From the NCBI GenBank assembly GCA_049968255.1, contig JBMFRB010000004.1:192001-256000 (forward strand): a stretch of DNA of 64,000 bases. The letters are read 5' to 3'. The DNA comes from Candidatus Sumerlaeaceae bacterium (GTDB taxonomy: Bacteria; Sumerlaeota; Sumerlaeia; Sumerlaeales; Sumerlaeaceae). The notes beneath the pieces are model-generated. The model did not search any database, was not told the origin of the DNA, and worked only from the letters and a program-made list of their open reading frames with translations. How positions within the stretch are numbered: the first letter of the stretch is position 1; each line of letters opens with the position of its first letter. A program made the position numbers and the translations under genes. Positions 29,008 through 38,164 of the stretch are shown here, one piece after another.

Positions 29008-29948
29008 TTTTGATCCTCCTCTTGGCGCACTTCATGGATAAGATTGATAAAAAAATCTTCCAGCGACTGGCTCTTCGAACTTGTGCTCAGAATTTGAGCT
29101 CCCACTGCAACTAGCTCCGTCACCGCACGTGCATAATCCGCCACATCTCGAATCGTTGCGCGGTACGTCTCGCCCATTTTTTCTACGGAATGCTTCCTCA
29201 GCACATCGGGAAATGCTGCCGAATTTGGCATAACGAATGTGATTTCAAACATGTTGAGTGGCTTGAGCAACTCTTGCACGGGCGCCTGGGTCACAATGCG
29301 CCCTTTGTGAATGATGATGACCCGGTCGCAGAGATTTTCAACCTCCGTCAATTCATGCGAACTGAAGAAAATAGTCCGGCCGCGTTCTTTGAGTTTCATG
29401 AGAACCCGGCGCAGATCGTAGCGCCCGACGGGATCCAAACCGCTGGACAACTCATCGAAGATGAGAAGCTCAGGGTCAGCGATAATGGCTTGGGCAATAC
29501 CAAGCCGCTGCTGCATGCCTTTTGAGTAGCTGCGCAGCAAGACTTCTTCTTTCCCTTTGAGGGCAAGTTCCTCGAAAAGCTCCGGAATCCGGCAGCGCAG
29601 TTCTTCTTTCGGGAGCCCATGAAGACCACCATAAAGTTCGAGTAACTCGCGCCCTTTCATAAAAGGATAATAAAGAGCAACCTCTGGTAAGTAGCCAATT
29701 CGCCGGCGGCTCTCGACTGTTCCGGCTTTAGCGCCGAAAATTCGCACGGTGCCAGCGGTCGGAAAGATAAAGCCCATCAACGTCTTTATTGTGGTGGACT
29801 TGCCGGCGCCGTTTGCCCCCACAAAGCCCACGCATTCCCCCGGATAGATCTCAAAGGAAATGCCGTTGACTGCTCGCACTCGCGTAGCGCCTGAACCGTA
29901 ATCCACCACTAAATCTTGAACTTCCACGATCGGCTGCATATTTTCCAT
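29004..29948 (-). CDS. ABC exporter ATP-binding protein
   Basis: GANGAGKST, YSKGMQQR, DELSSGLD and SSH. Confidence 0.95.
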   Translation of the reverse strand: MENMQPIVEVQDLVVDYGSGATRVRAVNGISFEIYPGECVGFVGANGAGKSTTIKTLMGFIFPTAGTVRIFGAKAGTVESRRRIGYLPEVALYYPFMKGRELLELYGGLHGLPKEELRCRIPELFEELALKGKEEVLLRSYSKGMQQRLGIAQAIIADPELLIFDELSSGLDPVGRYDLRRVLMKLKERGRTIFFSSHELTEVENLCDRVIIIHKGRIVTQAPVQELLKPLNMFEITFVMPNSAAFPDVLRKHSVEKMGETYRATIRDVADYARAVTELVAVGAQILSTSSKSQSLEDFFINLIHEVRQEEDQK

Positions 29949-30120
29949 AGGCCGTCCCTCGCTTTGAGTCAGCCGGCCATCTCACGGCCAGCCAAGTCAC
30001 CTCATCCACATCTACTGATTCACAAAATGTCATGCGCAGTGTCTATCAGTTTCCTTTGCAAAACGAATGCCAAAAAGGCCCCATATCGCTGTTGGTCTAA
30101 CTCGTGAGCCGGAGCGAGAC

Positions 30121-31020
30121 ATGATGCGCAAATCGTTTCTTAACGCGGTGGCAGAAGGACAAATCCTGGTTTGTGACGGAGCAGCAGGAACAGAGTTGCA
30201 GCGCCGGGGGCTTCCCTTCGGGCTATGCGGTGACATCTGGAACCTCGACAGTCCCACCGCTGTGGCTGAAGTCCACCGCAGCTATGTAGCCGCGAGAGCC
30301 GATATTCTTCTCACAAACACTTTCAGCACGAACCGTTACCGTTTGGCCCATTTTGGGCTGAGCAATAAAGTTCGCGACATAGCCACCGCCGCCGTGGAAA
30401 TTGCGCGCCGTTCCGCCTGCCCTCAGAATTACATCCTCGGCGACATCGGCCCGCTCGGCGAATTCCTTGAGCCAATTGGAGAAATTACGCGTGCCCAAGC
30501 GGTGTCCGCATTTCAGGAAGTGGCTCAGGTGTTTGCCGACCTTGGGGTGGATGGAATGATCATCGAGACTCTCTCGGCAACGGAAGAAATGGAATGTGCC
30601 GTGGAAGCTGTGCGCAACGTCGCGCCCACCACACCGCTGGTGGCATGCTTTACTTTCGAAAAGACCGCGGCGGGATTGCGCACAATGACTGGCGCCACTC
30701 CGGAGGACTGTGCACGATTGCTCACGGGCCTCCCTGTGGACGTCGTAGGAACGAATTGCGGCGCAAATCTTGACGAAGATTCTTATGTCGAAATTGTGCG
30801 CTGCTTCGCGCAGATCTCAAAACGTCCTGTTCTCGTCGAGCCCAACGCTGGCACGCCGGTGCTGGAAGATGGAAAAATTGTCTACAAAGCTACCCCCGAA
30901 GAGTTGGCCAGTTGGATAAGCCCACTCCTTGCCGCTGGAGCCAAGGTCATCGGCGGATGCTGTGGCACAACCCCCGCCCACATCCGCGCCATTCGCCAAA
31001 CTCTTCAGACTGTGTTGTAA
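30121..31020 (+). CDS. homocysteine S-methyltransferase domain protein (stand-alone MetH N-terminal module)
   Basis: DGAAGTELQ, TNTF, IIET, GTNC, PNAG and GGCCGTTP (Zn ligands). Confidence 0.92.
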   Translation: MMRKSFLNAVAEGQILVCDGAAGTELQRRGLPFGLCGDIWNLDSPTAVAEVHRSYVAARADILLTNTFSTNRYRLAHFGLSNKVRDIATAAVEIARRSACPQNYILGDIGPLGEFLEPIGEITRAQAVSAFQEVAQVFADLGVDGMIIETLSATEEMECAVEAVRNVAPTTPLVACFTFEKTAAGLRTMTGATPEDCARLLTGLPVDVVGTNCGANLDEDSYVEIVRCFAQISKRPVLVEPNAGTPVLEDGKIVYKATPEELASWISPLLAAGAKVIGGCCGTTPAHIRAIRQTLQTVL

Positions 31021-31086
31021 ACCGAAACTGCAGGCAGGAGTCGATGCTTGCTTCCCCTTCGTCGCGTGGTATGACATCCTAAAAGT

Positions 31087-32280
31087 ATGAGCACAACGTG
31101 GCGAATCCCATTATGCGATCTGACCTACGACGAGCTAGAAGAGCGCGCGGTCCTCGATGTTCTGCGATCGAAATGGCTAACGATTGGGCCCCGAACTCTT
31201 GAGTTCGAGGAACGCCTCGCTGCCTATCTCGGGGTGCGCCATGTCATTGCTGTAGCAAATTGCACCGCTGCGCTTGAACTGGCCTACCGGCTAGCGTTTC
31301 ACACTGCACCAAATCACTCTCGCTTTGTGGTGGTGCCGACCATGACCTTTGTGGCCACGGCAAATGCTGTGATTGCTGCTGGCGGGACGCCAATCCTCGT
31401 GGATTCACTGGCTGACGATGATCCTCGAATAGATCCCAAGGGAGTTGAGCAAGCTATCAATGAGCATGGTGGCGCTCACATCTGCGCTATGCATTATGCA
31501 GGTGTTGACGTTGGGACGCAGCACCTTCAGTTGCTCGCAGAACAAGCAGGAGGCTGGCTCATTGAGGATGCTGCCCACGCCATTGGCGGGACCACAGCTG
31601 CGGGCCTAAAGCTTGGAACCAGCGGCCATTTGGGCTGCTTTTCTTTTTTCTCGAACAAGAATCTTGCCACCGGCGAAGGGGGCGCCCTCGTGACAAATGA
31701 TGACGAACTCGCGCGTTTGGCGCGTCTGCTGCGCGGTCATGGTCTCACATCGAGCACTGCTGAGCGCCACTTTGCTCGGGTCGGTGCTTATGACGTCGTC
31801 GAGTTTGGTCACAACTTCCGGTGGACAGAGATCAGCGCTGCCCTTGGTCTTGTTCAACTCGTAAAACTCGACGAGATGAATCAGCGCCGGCGCGAATTGC
31901 TTCGGCGATACGCAGGGAATCTAGAGGGTACGAAGGGAGCGAGAATTCTCTTTGCCGAAGACGCCACACTACCCCACAGCGCGGCCCACCTCTGTGTGGC
32001 GGCCTTTTCCACTTCGACAATTCGCGATCGGGTGCGCGACGTTCTGCACCAACATGGTATTCAGACCTCGCACCATTACCGTCCCGTGCATACGTTTCAA
32101 ATCTATCGGAATCGCGCGGCGAAAAACTCGGGGTTGCGGGTTATGCCCTGTCCAAACGCAGAGAAATTTTCCGACCGAGTGCTAACGCTTCCGCTTTATC
32201 CCAAATTATCCGAAAGCGCTGTTGATGAAATCTGTGACTTGATTCGCTCGACCGTTGCCGCCACAGGGGAGCCCATATGA
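31087..32280 (+). CDS. DegT/DnrJ/EryC1/StrS family PLP-dependent sugar aminotransferase
   Basis: TFVATAN, IEDAAHA, FSFFSNKNLATGEGG and LTLPLYP. Confidence 0.95.
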   Translation: MSTTWRIPLCDLTYDELEERAVLDVLRSKWLTIGPRTLEFEERLAAYLGVRHVIAVANCTAALELAYRLAFHTAPNHSRFVVVPTMTFVATANAVIAAGGTPILVDSLADDDPRIDPKGVEQAINEHGGAHICAMHYAGVDVGTQHLQLLAEQAGGWLIEDAAHAIGGTTAAGLKLGTSGHLGCFSFFSNKNLATGEGGALVTNDDELARLARLLRGHGLTSSTAERHFARVGAYDVVEFGHNFRWTEISAALGLVQLVKLDEMNQRRRELLRRYAGNLEGTKGARILFAEDATLPHSAAHLCVAAFSTSTIRDRVRDVLHQHGIQTSHHYRPVHTFQIYRNRAAKNSGLRVMPCPNAEKFSDRVLTLPLYPKLSESAVDEICDLIRSTVAATGEPI

Positions 32281-32960
32281 CACAGCTCTCAGTCATCATC
32301 CCCGTCTACAACGAGGTCGCCACGTTGGCGACGGTGCTCGATGCCGTGCGGCGCGTGCCTATTGAAAAGGAGATCATTGTGGTTGACGGGAACTCGACCG
32401 ACGGTACCCGCGATGTGCTCGAACGAGAAGCTCAACGAGGAGACATCATTCCCGTTTTTCAATCGCAACGCAACGGTAGGGGAGGGGCGCTGCAAGAAGG
32501 AATCAAGCTCGCCCGCGGAGAGGTCATTGTCTTCCAGGATGCAGACCTTGAGCTAGATCCATCATGTTTCCCCCAACTACTCGCACCCATCGTTGCTGGC
32601 GAGTGCGACGTCGTCTTCGGCTCGCGATTTCTAAGCCAAAAACCGCCTATGACTTTCCTTCAGTTTTGGGGCAACCGACTAGTCAATGCGGTACTGAATT
32701 TGCTCTACGGGACACAGATCACCGATGTCGAAACGTGCTACCAGATGTTTAGACGCGATGTAGTTCGAAACATTCATTTCGATCGCAAGGACATGTCATT
32801 CACCGTCGAGCTCGCTGTAAAAATGATCCGCAACGGCCTGCGAATCAAAGAGGTTCCCGTCACTTATGTGCCGCGATCAAAGGCCGAAGGGAAAAAGCTC
32901 TATTGGGCCGACGGCTTCATTTCGCTTTGGGTACTCTTCCGCTATCGTTTATTTTCATGA
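32277..32960 (+). CDS. GT2 glycosyltransferase (DPM1/polyprenol-phosphate sugar synthase-like)
   Basis: IIPVYNE, STDGT, QDADLE, VFGSRF and TDVETCY. Confidence 0.92.
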   Translation: MTQLSVIIPVYNEVATLATVLDAVRRVPIEKEIIVVDGNSTDGTRDVLEREAQRGDIIPVFQSQRNGRGGALQEGIKLARGEVIVFQDADLELDPSCFPQLLAPIVAGECDVVFGSRFLSQKPPMTFLQFWGNRLVNAVLNLLYGTQITDVETCYQMFRRDVVRNIHFDRKDMSFTVELAVKMIRNGLRIKEVPVTYVPRSKAEGKKLYWADGFISLWVLFRYRLFS

Positions 32961-33033
32961 CGGCTTGCGCAAATTTTCGCCCGCTGCCTCAATACGTTTA
33001 GACGGCAAAAGTTTATCCTGAGGAGGACGAGAC

Positions 33034-33708
33034 ATGGCAAAACGTGTAGCAGTGCTGCTATCTGGGTGTGGAGTGTTTGACGGAAGCGAAATTCATGAAG
33101 CTGTTCTTACCCTTTTGGCCTTGGACAATCATGGCGCGGAAGCTGTGTGCTGTGCGCCAGACATCGACCAGCGAGACGTGATAAATCACGCCACGGGGCA
33201 GCCGATGCCTGAAACGCGTCACGTGCTCGTGGAGGCGGCTCGTATCGCACGGGGCAAGATCGAAAACATCTCAAAAATCACGCCTGCCGTCGTCGATGCA
33301 CTTATCATACCGGGCGGATATGGAGCCGCAAAAAATCTGTGCTCCTACGCAGTGGATGGACCGCGCGCGAAGGTTCACCCAGAGGTGGCACGTGTGATCT
33401 ACGACTTTGTTCAGGCACGCAAACCTATCGCTGCCATTTGCATTGCCCCGGTTGTCGTGGCTGCGGTGTTTCGCGATACCAAAGACATCATCCCCACGCT
33501 CACTATTGGCAATGATCAGAAGACCATCCTCGATCTCAACACCATGGGCGCAGATCACGTAGAATGCTCGGCACGGGAGATCATCGTAGATCGCAAAAAC
33601 AAAATTGTCACCACGCCGGCGTACATGCTCGCTAAAGGCCCTGCTGAGCTCTACGTCGGCATCGAAAAAGCCGTAAAAGAAATCCTCGAACTCTGCGAAG
33701 TCAACTGA
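33034..33708 (+). CDS. elbB: ElbB/ES1 family glyoxalase (DJ-1/PfpI)
   Basis: LSGCGVFDGSEIHE, EAARIARG, PGGYGAAKNL, CIAP and TTPAYM. Confidence 0.93.
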   Translation: MAKRVAVLLSGCGVFDGSEIHEAVLTLLALDNHGAEAVCCAPDIDQRDVINHATGQPMPETRHVLVEAARIARGKIENISKITPAVVDALIIPGGYGAAKNLCSYAVDGPRAKVHPEVARVIYDFVQARKPIAAICIAPVVVAAVFRDTKDIIPTLTIGNDQKTILDLNTMGADHVECSAREIIVDRKNKIVTTPAYMLAKGPAELYVGIEKAVKEILELCEVN

Positions 33709-33716
33709 GCAGCCCG

Positions 33717-34505
33717 ATGACAAAAAAACTTGTGGTTTTTGCAAGCGGCGGTTTCGAGCTAGCTGGCTTTTGGGATATGCCCGAGCGCGACGGCCCATGT
33801 CCGGGCGTGCTCTGTTGCCATGGTTTTACAGGACATCACGTGGAGGCCAGGCGGCTCTACTCTCGTTTGGCCCGGATGCTTGCGGACCGTGGGGTTGCCG
33901 TTTTTCGGTTCGATCATCGCGGCTGTGGTGATTCGAGTGGTGACTTTATTGACTTTACTCCCAAAGGCTTGCTTGAAGATCTGCAAGCAGCCACACGGCA
34001 GTTTATTGCGGAGCCGCGGCTCGACCAGCAACGTCTCGCCGTGGTTGGCTACAGCCTTGGCGGATTGGCTGCATCCTATGTATTGTCGCGAAATCCACAA
34101 CTTTGGCAGACAGCTGTTTTCTGGGCGGGAGTGGCTCGACCGGAAATCATCAGAGATCGCCTTGCTCAATATCCGGCCTTCCAGGGCTACCGAGAGCGAG
34201 GTTACATGGATTACGGCGGTTTTCGGATTAGTGCCGCTTACATTGACGAAATCGGGACGCTCACAGCCCCGGTCGAATGGGCAAAACAGTTCCCTGGCCC
34301 GATTCTATTTTGTCACGGTGAGGACGACGACATCGTCCGGCTCGAACAGTCGCATCTCTTTCTCTCCGCAAGAAGCAATGCCGGCGATCGGCTGAAAGTT
34401 TTTGCTGGGGCGGATCACGGCTTTTCCTCTTGCGATACGCTTGATGATCTGCTGAAAACGACGGTTGGCTGGCTTGCGGAAAAGTTGGGCGTTGCGAATA
34501 GTTGA
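33717..34505 (+). CDS. alpha/beta hydrolase
   Basis: HGFTG, RFDHRGCGDS, GYSLGG, HGEDD and ADHGF. Confidence 0.9.
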   Translation: MTKKLVVFASGGFELAGFWDMPERDGPCPGVLCCHGFTGHHVEARRLYSRLARMLADRGVAVFRFDHRGCGDSSGDFIDFTPKGLLEDLQAATRQFIAEPRLDQQRLAVVGYSLGGLAASYVLSRNPQLWQTAVFWAGVARPEIIRDRLAQYPAFQGYRERGYMDYGGFRISAAYIDEIGTLTAPVEWAKQFPGPILFCHGEDDDIVRLEQSHLFLSARSNAGDRLKVFAGADHGFSSCDTLDDLLKTTVGWLAEKLGVANS

Positions 34506-34514
34506 GGGAGCTTT

Positions 34515-35750
34515 ATGTCTGGGTTAACGCTGCTGCCTGTTCGAAACCACGCCAAGTGGCTTTTCACGCTGACATTGATCCTCACGGGCATCGGCGTGGT
34601 GTTTGTGCTAAGTGCCAGTGCGCCATATGCTGCGCGCGATGAGATGCGCATGTTTACCATTTCTCTGCGGGATGGAAACTTGCCCGAAGGTGCCCCGACC
34701 GTCCACGGGGCCAAATTTTTTGTTCGTCAGCTTATCTGGGCCCTTTTCTCCATCGTCGTGATGTGGAGGATTTCCCTCACCGATTCGCGTTTTCATGCGG
34801 ATCACTCAAAATGGTATCTCCTCGCTGCCATCGTGATGCTGGCGTTAGTCTTTGTGCCACACATTGGAATCCAACGCAACGGTGCGCACCGGTGGATCGG
34901 GTTTGGACCCGTACAGATCCAGCCTTCAGAATTTGCCAAAATTGCTCTGATCCTGCACTGCGCCGTGCAGCTCGCCACTCAGAGAGGTGGTGCTCCTCGA
35001 AAATTTGGCTTTTTCCTCGATTTTCTGCCTCTCCTCGCCGTTCTCGGGGTCCTTGTGGGGCTCATTATCATCGAGCCTGACCTGGGCACATGTATGGTTC
35101 TTGGTATCATTGCATTTTCCATGTGGGCCGTTGGCGGAGTACCCATTCGATATCTCGCATCGATGATACTGCTGGGCGTGGGGTTTGTGGTAGTTGCTGT
35201 GCTGGCCGAGCCCTACCGTATGCGCCGACTTTTCGCGTTTCTCGACCCTGAGCAAGATCCGCTTGGTGCAGGCTATCACCTTCTCAATTCGCTCATCGCT
35301 GTCGGCACTGGGGGCCTGACCGGCCGCGGTATCGGCCAAGGACCATCGAAGTATTTGTTCCTCTCTGAGTGTCACACAGACTTCATCTTTTCTATTATTT
35401 GCGAAGAGGCGGGCTTTGTTGGCGCTTGCATTGTTCTTCTGCTCTTTCTTGCGTTTGTGATCGTGGGATTTGATGTGGCCAAGCGCGTCGAGGAAATCGA
35501 GCAGAAGCTCATTGCCGTGGGTGTGACGGTCATGATTGGTGCCCAGGCTTTCGGCAACATGGCTGTGGCAATCGGCTTGCTGCCCACGAAAGGATTAGCC
35601 TTGCCGTTTATCAGCTATGGAGGAAGCTCACTGCTTGCTAACATGTTTGCAGTGGGAATTCTAATCAGAATCGCAACGGAAATTGAATACGACCACGCCG
35701 AGAGTCAGATCGAGACGGTGGCTTACGGCCCCCGCGTGAGAGCGCTTTAG
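34515..35750 (+). CDS. ftsW: SEDS family peptidoglycan polymerase FtsW
   Basis: GAHRWI, QPSEFAK, EPDLG, HTDFIF, LLPTKGLALPFISYGGSS. Confidence 0.9.
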   Translation: MSGLTLLPVRNHAKWLFTLTLILTGIGVVFVLSASAPYAARDEMRMFTISLRDGNLPEGAPTVHGAKFFVRQLIWALFSIVVMWRISLTDSRFHADHSKWYLLAAIVMLALVFVPHIGIQRNGAHRWIGFGPVQIQPSEFAKIALILHCAVQLATQRGGAPRKFGFFLDFLPLLAVLGVLVGLIIIEPDLGTCMVLGIIAFSMWAVGGVPIRYLASMILLGVGFVVVAVLAEPYRMRRLFAFLDPEQDPLGAGYHLLNSLIAVGTGGLTGRGIGQGPSKYLFLSECHTDFIFSIICEEAGFVGACIVLLLFLAFVIVGFDVAKRVEEIEQKLIAVGVTVMIGAQAFGNMAVAIGLLPTKGLALPFISYGGSSLLANMFAVGILIRIATEIEYDHAESQIETVAYGPRVRAL

Positions 35751-35764
35751 AATTCAAGGAGGAT

Positions 35765-36265
35765 ATGCGAACGATGGCCAGAATCCTCATTTTCTATTAT
35801 TCGCGCACCGGGAACACGGAGAAAATGGCTCAGCTCATTGCTGAGGGAATGCAGCTTGTCCCAGGCGTGAAGGTGGAGCTAGCACGAGTACCAGGCTTGC
35901 AGGCGTCCCTATGGCTAGACTATGATGCTCTGGTGGCGGGCGTGCCGGTCTATTATGGAATGATTCCCGCGGCAATGAAGCAGCTGTTCGACGAGAGTGT
36001 CGAATTCCATGGCCAGCTCAAAGGAAAGCTTGGTGGCGCTTTTGCGTCTTCCGCGAATGTGGGCGGTGGAAACGAGACGGCCATTCTTGATATCATTCAC
36101 GGATGGCTCATTCACGGCATGCTAGTGATGGGCGACTATTCTAATGATCACTACGGTCCCGTCTCCATTGGCGAGCCCGATAAACGGGCTCACGAAGTGT
36201 GCCTGCGATGGGGCCAAACGTTCGCGGAAACCGCAGTGCGGTTATTTGGGCCGCCCACCGAATAG
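35765..36265 (+). CDS. flavodoxin-like / WrbA family protein
   Basis: YYSRTGNTEKMA, GVPVYYG and 'GKLGGAF...GGGNE'. Confidence 0.88.
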   Translation: MRTMARILIFYYSRTGNTEKMAQLIAEGMQLVPGVKVELARVPGLQASLWLDYDALVAGVPVYYGMIPAAMKQLFDESVEFHGQLKGKLGGAFASSANVGGGNETAILDIIHGWLIHGMLVMGDYSNDHYGPVSIGEPDKRAHEVCLRWGQTFAETAVRLFGPPTE

Positions 36266-36289
36266 CGGCTAGAAGTGAGCCTGAACGTC

Positions 36290-36874
36290 TCAGCGTTTTT
36301 CTGGCTCATGCTCTCTTGTCTCTGAATCTATGCCTTTGGCTTTCGGAATATCGGGCGTACTGATCTCCGACCGTCCCATAGGCGCACGAATGCCGTGCAA
36401 GTGGACAAGCTCACCACCACGCGCCGCTGCATTTACGAGAGCTGCACAGCCACCCACGTACAGAAGGAAATAGATGGCCATGAGGGTGACGGTCAGCTTC
36501 TCGCTGGGGCGCGTCTTCATGAATCTTTCGCCGTAACGATCAAGGCCAAGAACGACCGCGTAGAGTAAGGCCAGAATCACGAATAGATTCCTTGCCAGCT
36601 CTCCGGCATCTTCATGCCCTTCAACAAAAACACGAAGCTGCACAGGGACATGGAGAGCCTCAGCAGAGGCCTCGCCAGTGATGGTGGCAACTATGGCACC
36701 CATGGTGCCGAGCACGCAGACTGCGAGGCCGGCCCCCCACGCGGCGCGTCTTGTCCGTTTGAAGGCCATTCCCCATAAAAGAAAATATGGCACAATCAAG
36801 AGCAGGGCTATCGGAAAATGAACGATGGCGGGATGGAGTCCTTCCCAAGGTGGCATGGTCAAAAGTTGAATCAT
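36290..36874 (-). CDS. DUF2231 membrane protein
   Basis: 'LHPAIVHFPIAL', conserved HE, 'GGELVH' and 4 TM segments. Confidence 0.85.
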   Translation of the reverse strand: MIQLLTMPPWEGLHPAIVHFPIALLLIVPYFLLWGMAFKRTRRAAWGAGLAVCVLGTMGAIVATITGEASAEALHVPVQLRVFVEGHEDAGELARNLFVILALLYAVVLGLDRYGERFMKTRPSEKLTVTLMAIYFLLYVGGCAALVNAAARGGELVHLHGIRAPMGRSEISTPDIPKAKGIDSETREHEPEKR

Positions 36875-37028
36875 CTTTTCGCATCCTGTAAGTAAGTCAG
36901 CAATTCCTCTCTCAGCAGCCGAAGCACGTCGTCAAGAATCAAGCGATCCGAAGAAATCCGGTCTTGCGTAACTACTTTTCGCAGGCACGACTGGTGTCCT
37001 TGCGATTTATAAACGATAGTGGGCGACG

Positions 37029-38162
37029 ATGACTTCGGATATCAGTTTCCTGAAAACCGATGAAATGCTTGTGAACATGGGGCCGCAGCACCCATCCACG
37101 CACGGCGTTCTGCGCGTGGTGGTTCGCACGGATGGCGAAGTGGTACGCAAAGCGGTTCCTCACATTGGTTATCTCCACCGGTGTAAGGAGAAATGCGCGG
37201 AGGCGGTGACCTATTCGCAATTCATTCCTTACACTGATCGGATGGACTATCTCGCTTCGATGTCGAACAACTTCGCGTTCTGCTGGGCGGTCGAGAAGCT
37301 CGGCGGTATCGAAGTGCCGGAACGCGCGGAATACATTCGCGTCATCGTGGCCGAACTGCAGCGCATCGCATCCCACCTTGTTGCGTTCGGCACATATGGC
37401 TTGGATTTGGGAGCGGTCACGCCGTTTCTCTACGCGTTTCGCGAGCGCGAAAAAATTTTGGACATCTTTGAACGCATTTCCGGTGCTCGTCTTACCTATT
37501 CCTATGGCCGCATCGGCGGCGTGATGCGGGATTTCGATCAAGTTGCCGTCGATATGACGCATCGGTTCCTGGATGATTTCGAGCGCCGGTGGGAAGAGTA
37601 CAACGCGCTGCTTACAGAAAACGAAATTTTCATCAAGCGCACCGCAAACATCGGCGTCATCCCGAAAGATCTCGCTATTGCTTATGGTCTAAGCGGGCCT
37701 TGTCTGCGGGCAAGCGGGGTTCGCTTCGACATTCGACGTGCTGAGCCTTATTCTGTCTATGATCGCTTCGAGTTTGACATCCCGGTCGGCGAAGGCAAAA
37801 TGGGAGCCGTGGGTGACTGCTGGGACCGCTATTGGGTCCGCATGGCTGAGATGAAAGAAAGTTGTCGGATCATACGTCAAGCTCTCGATGCTCTTCCCGA
37901 GGGACCTGTGAGCAACCCAAAGGTTTTGCGCGTCTTAAAGCCAGCAGCTGGCGAAATTTACTTTCGCGCGGAGAACCCTCGTGGTGAACTTGCCTTCTAC
38001 ATCGTGAGTGTAGGGGAGAAAAAACCTTACCGTTGTCGTGTCCGTGGACCGAGTTTTTGCAACCTTAGTGTGCTAAGCGAGGTGGCCAAAGACTGTCTTA
38101 TTGCCGATGTGGTCGCGATTATCGGTTCGATTGATATTGTGCTCGGCGAGTGCGATCGCTAG
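37029..38162 (+). CDS. nuoD: NADH-quinone oxidoreductase subunit D
   Basis: NMGPQHPSTHGVLR, GYLHR, DRMDY, ELQRIASH, ENPRGE and DIVLGECDR. Confidence 0.95.
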   Translation: MTSDISFLKTDEMLVNMGPQHPSTHGVLRVVVRTDGEVVRKAVPHIGYLHRCKEKCAEAVTYSQFIPYTDRMDYLASMSNNFAFCWAVEKLGGIEVPERAEYIRVIVAELQRIASHLVAFGTYGLDLGAVTPFLYAFREREKILDIFERISGARLTYSYGRIGGVMRDFDQVAVDMTHRFLDDFERRWEEYNALLTENEIFIKRTANIGVIPKDLAIAYGLSGPCLRASGVRFDIRRAEPYSVYDRFEFDIPVGEGKMGAVGDCWDRYWVRMAEMKESCRIIRQALDALPEGPVSNPKVLRVLKPAAGEIYFRAENPRGELAFYIVSVGEKKPYRCRVRGPSFCNLSVLSEVAKDCLIADVVAIIGSIDIVLGECDR

Positions 38163-38164
38163 TT

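Noticed and set aside
37029-38162. Group 4 NiFe-hydrogenase large subunit
   Set aside because: Lacks both CxxC nickel-binding motifs (it has DRMDY and DIVLGECDR), so it is NuoD.
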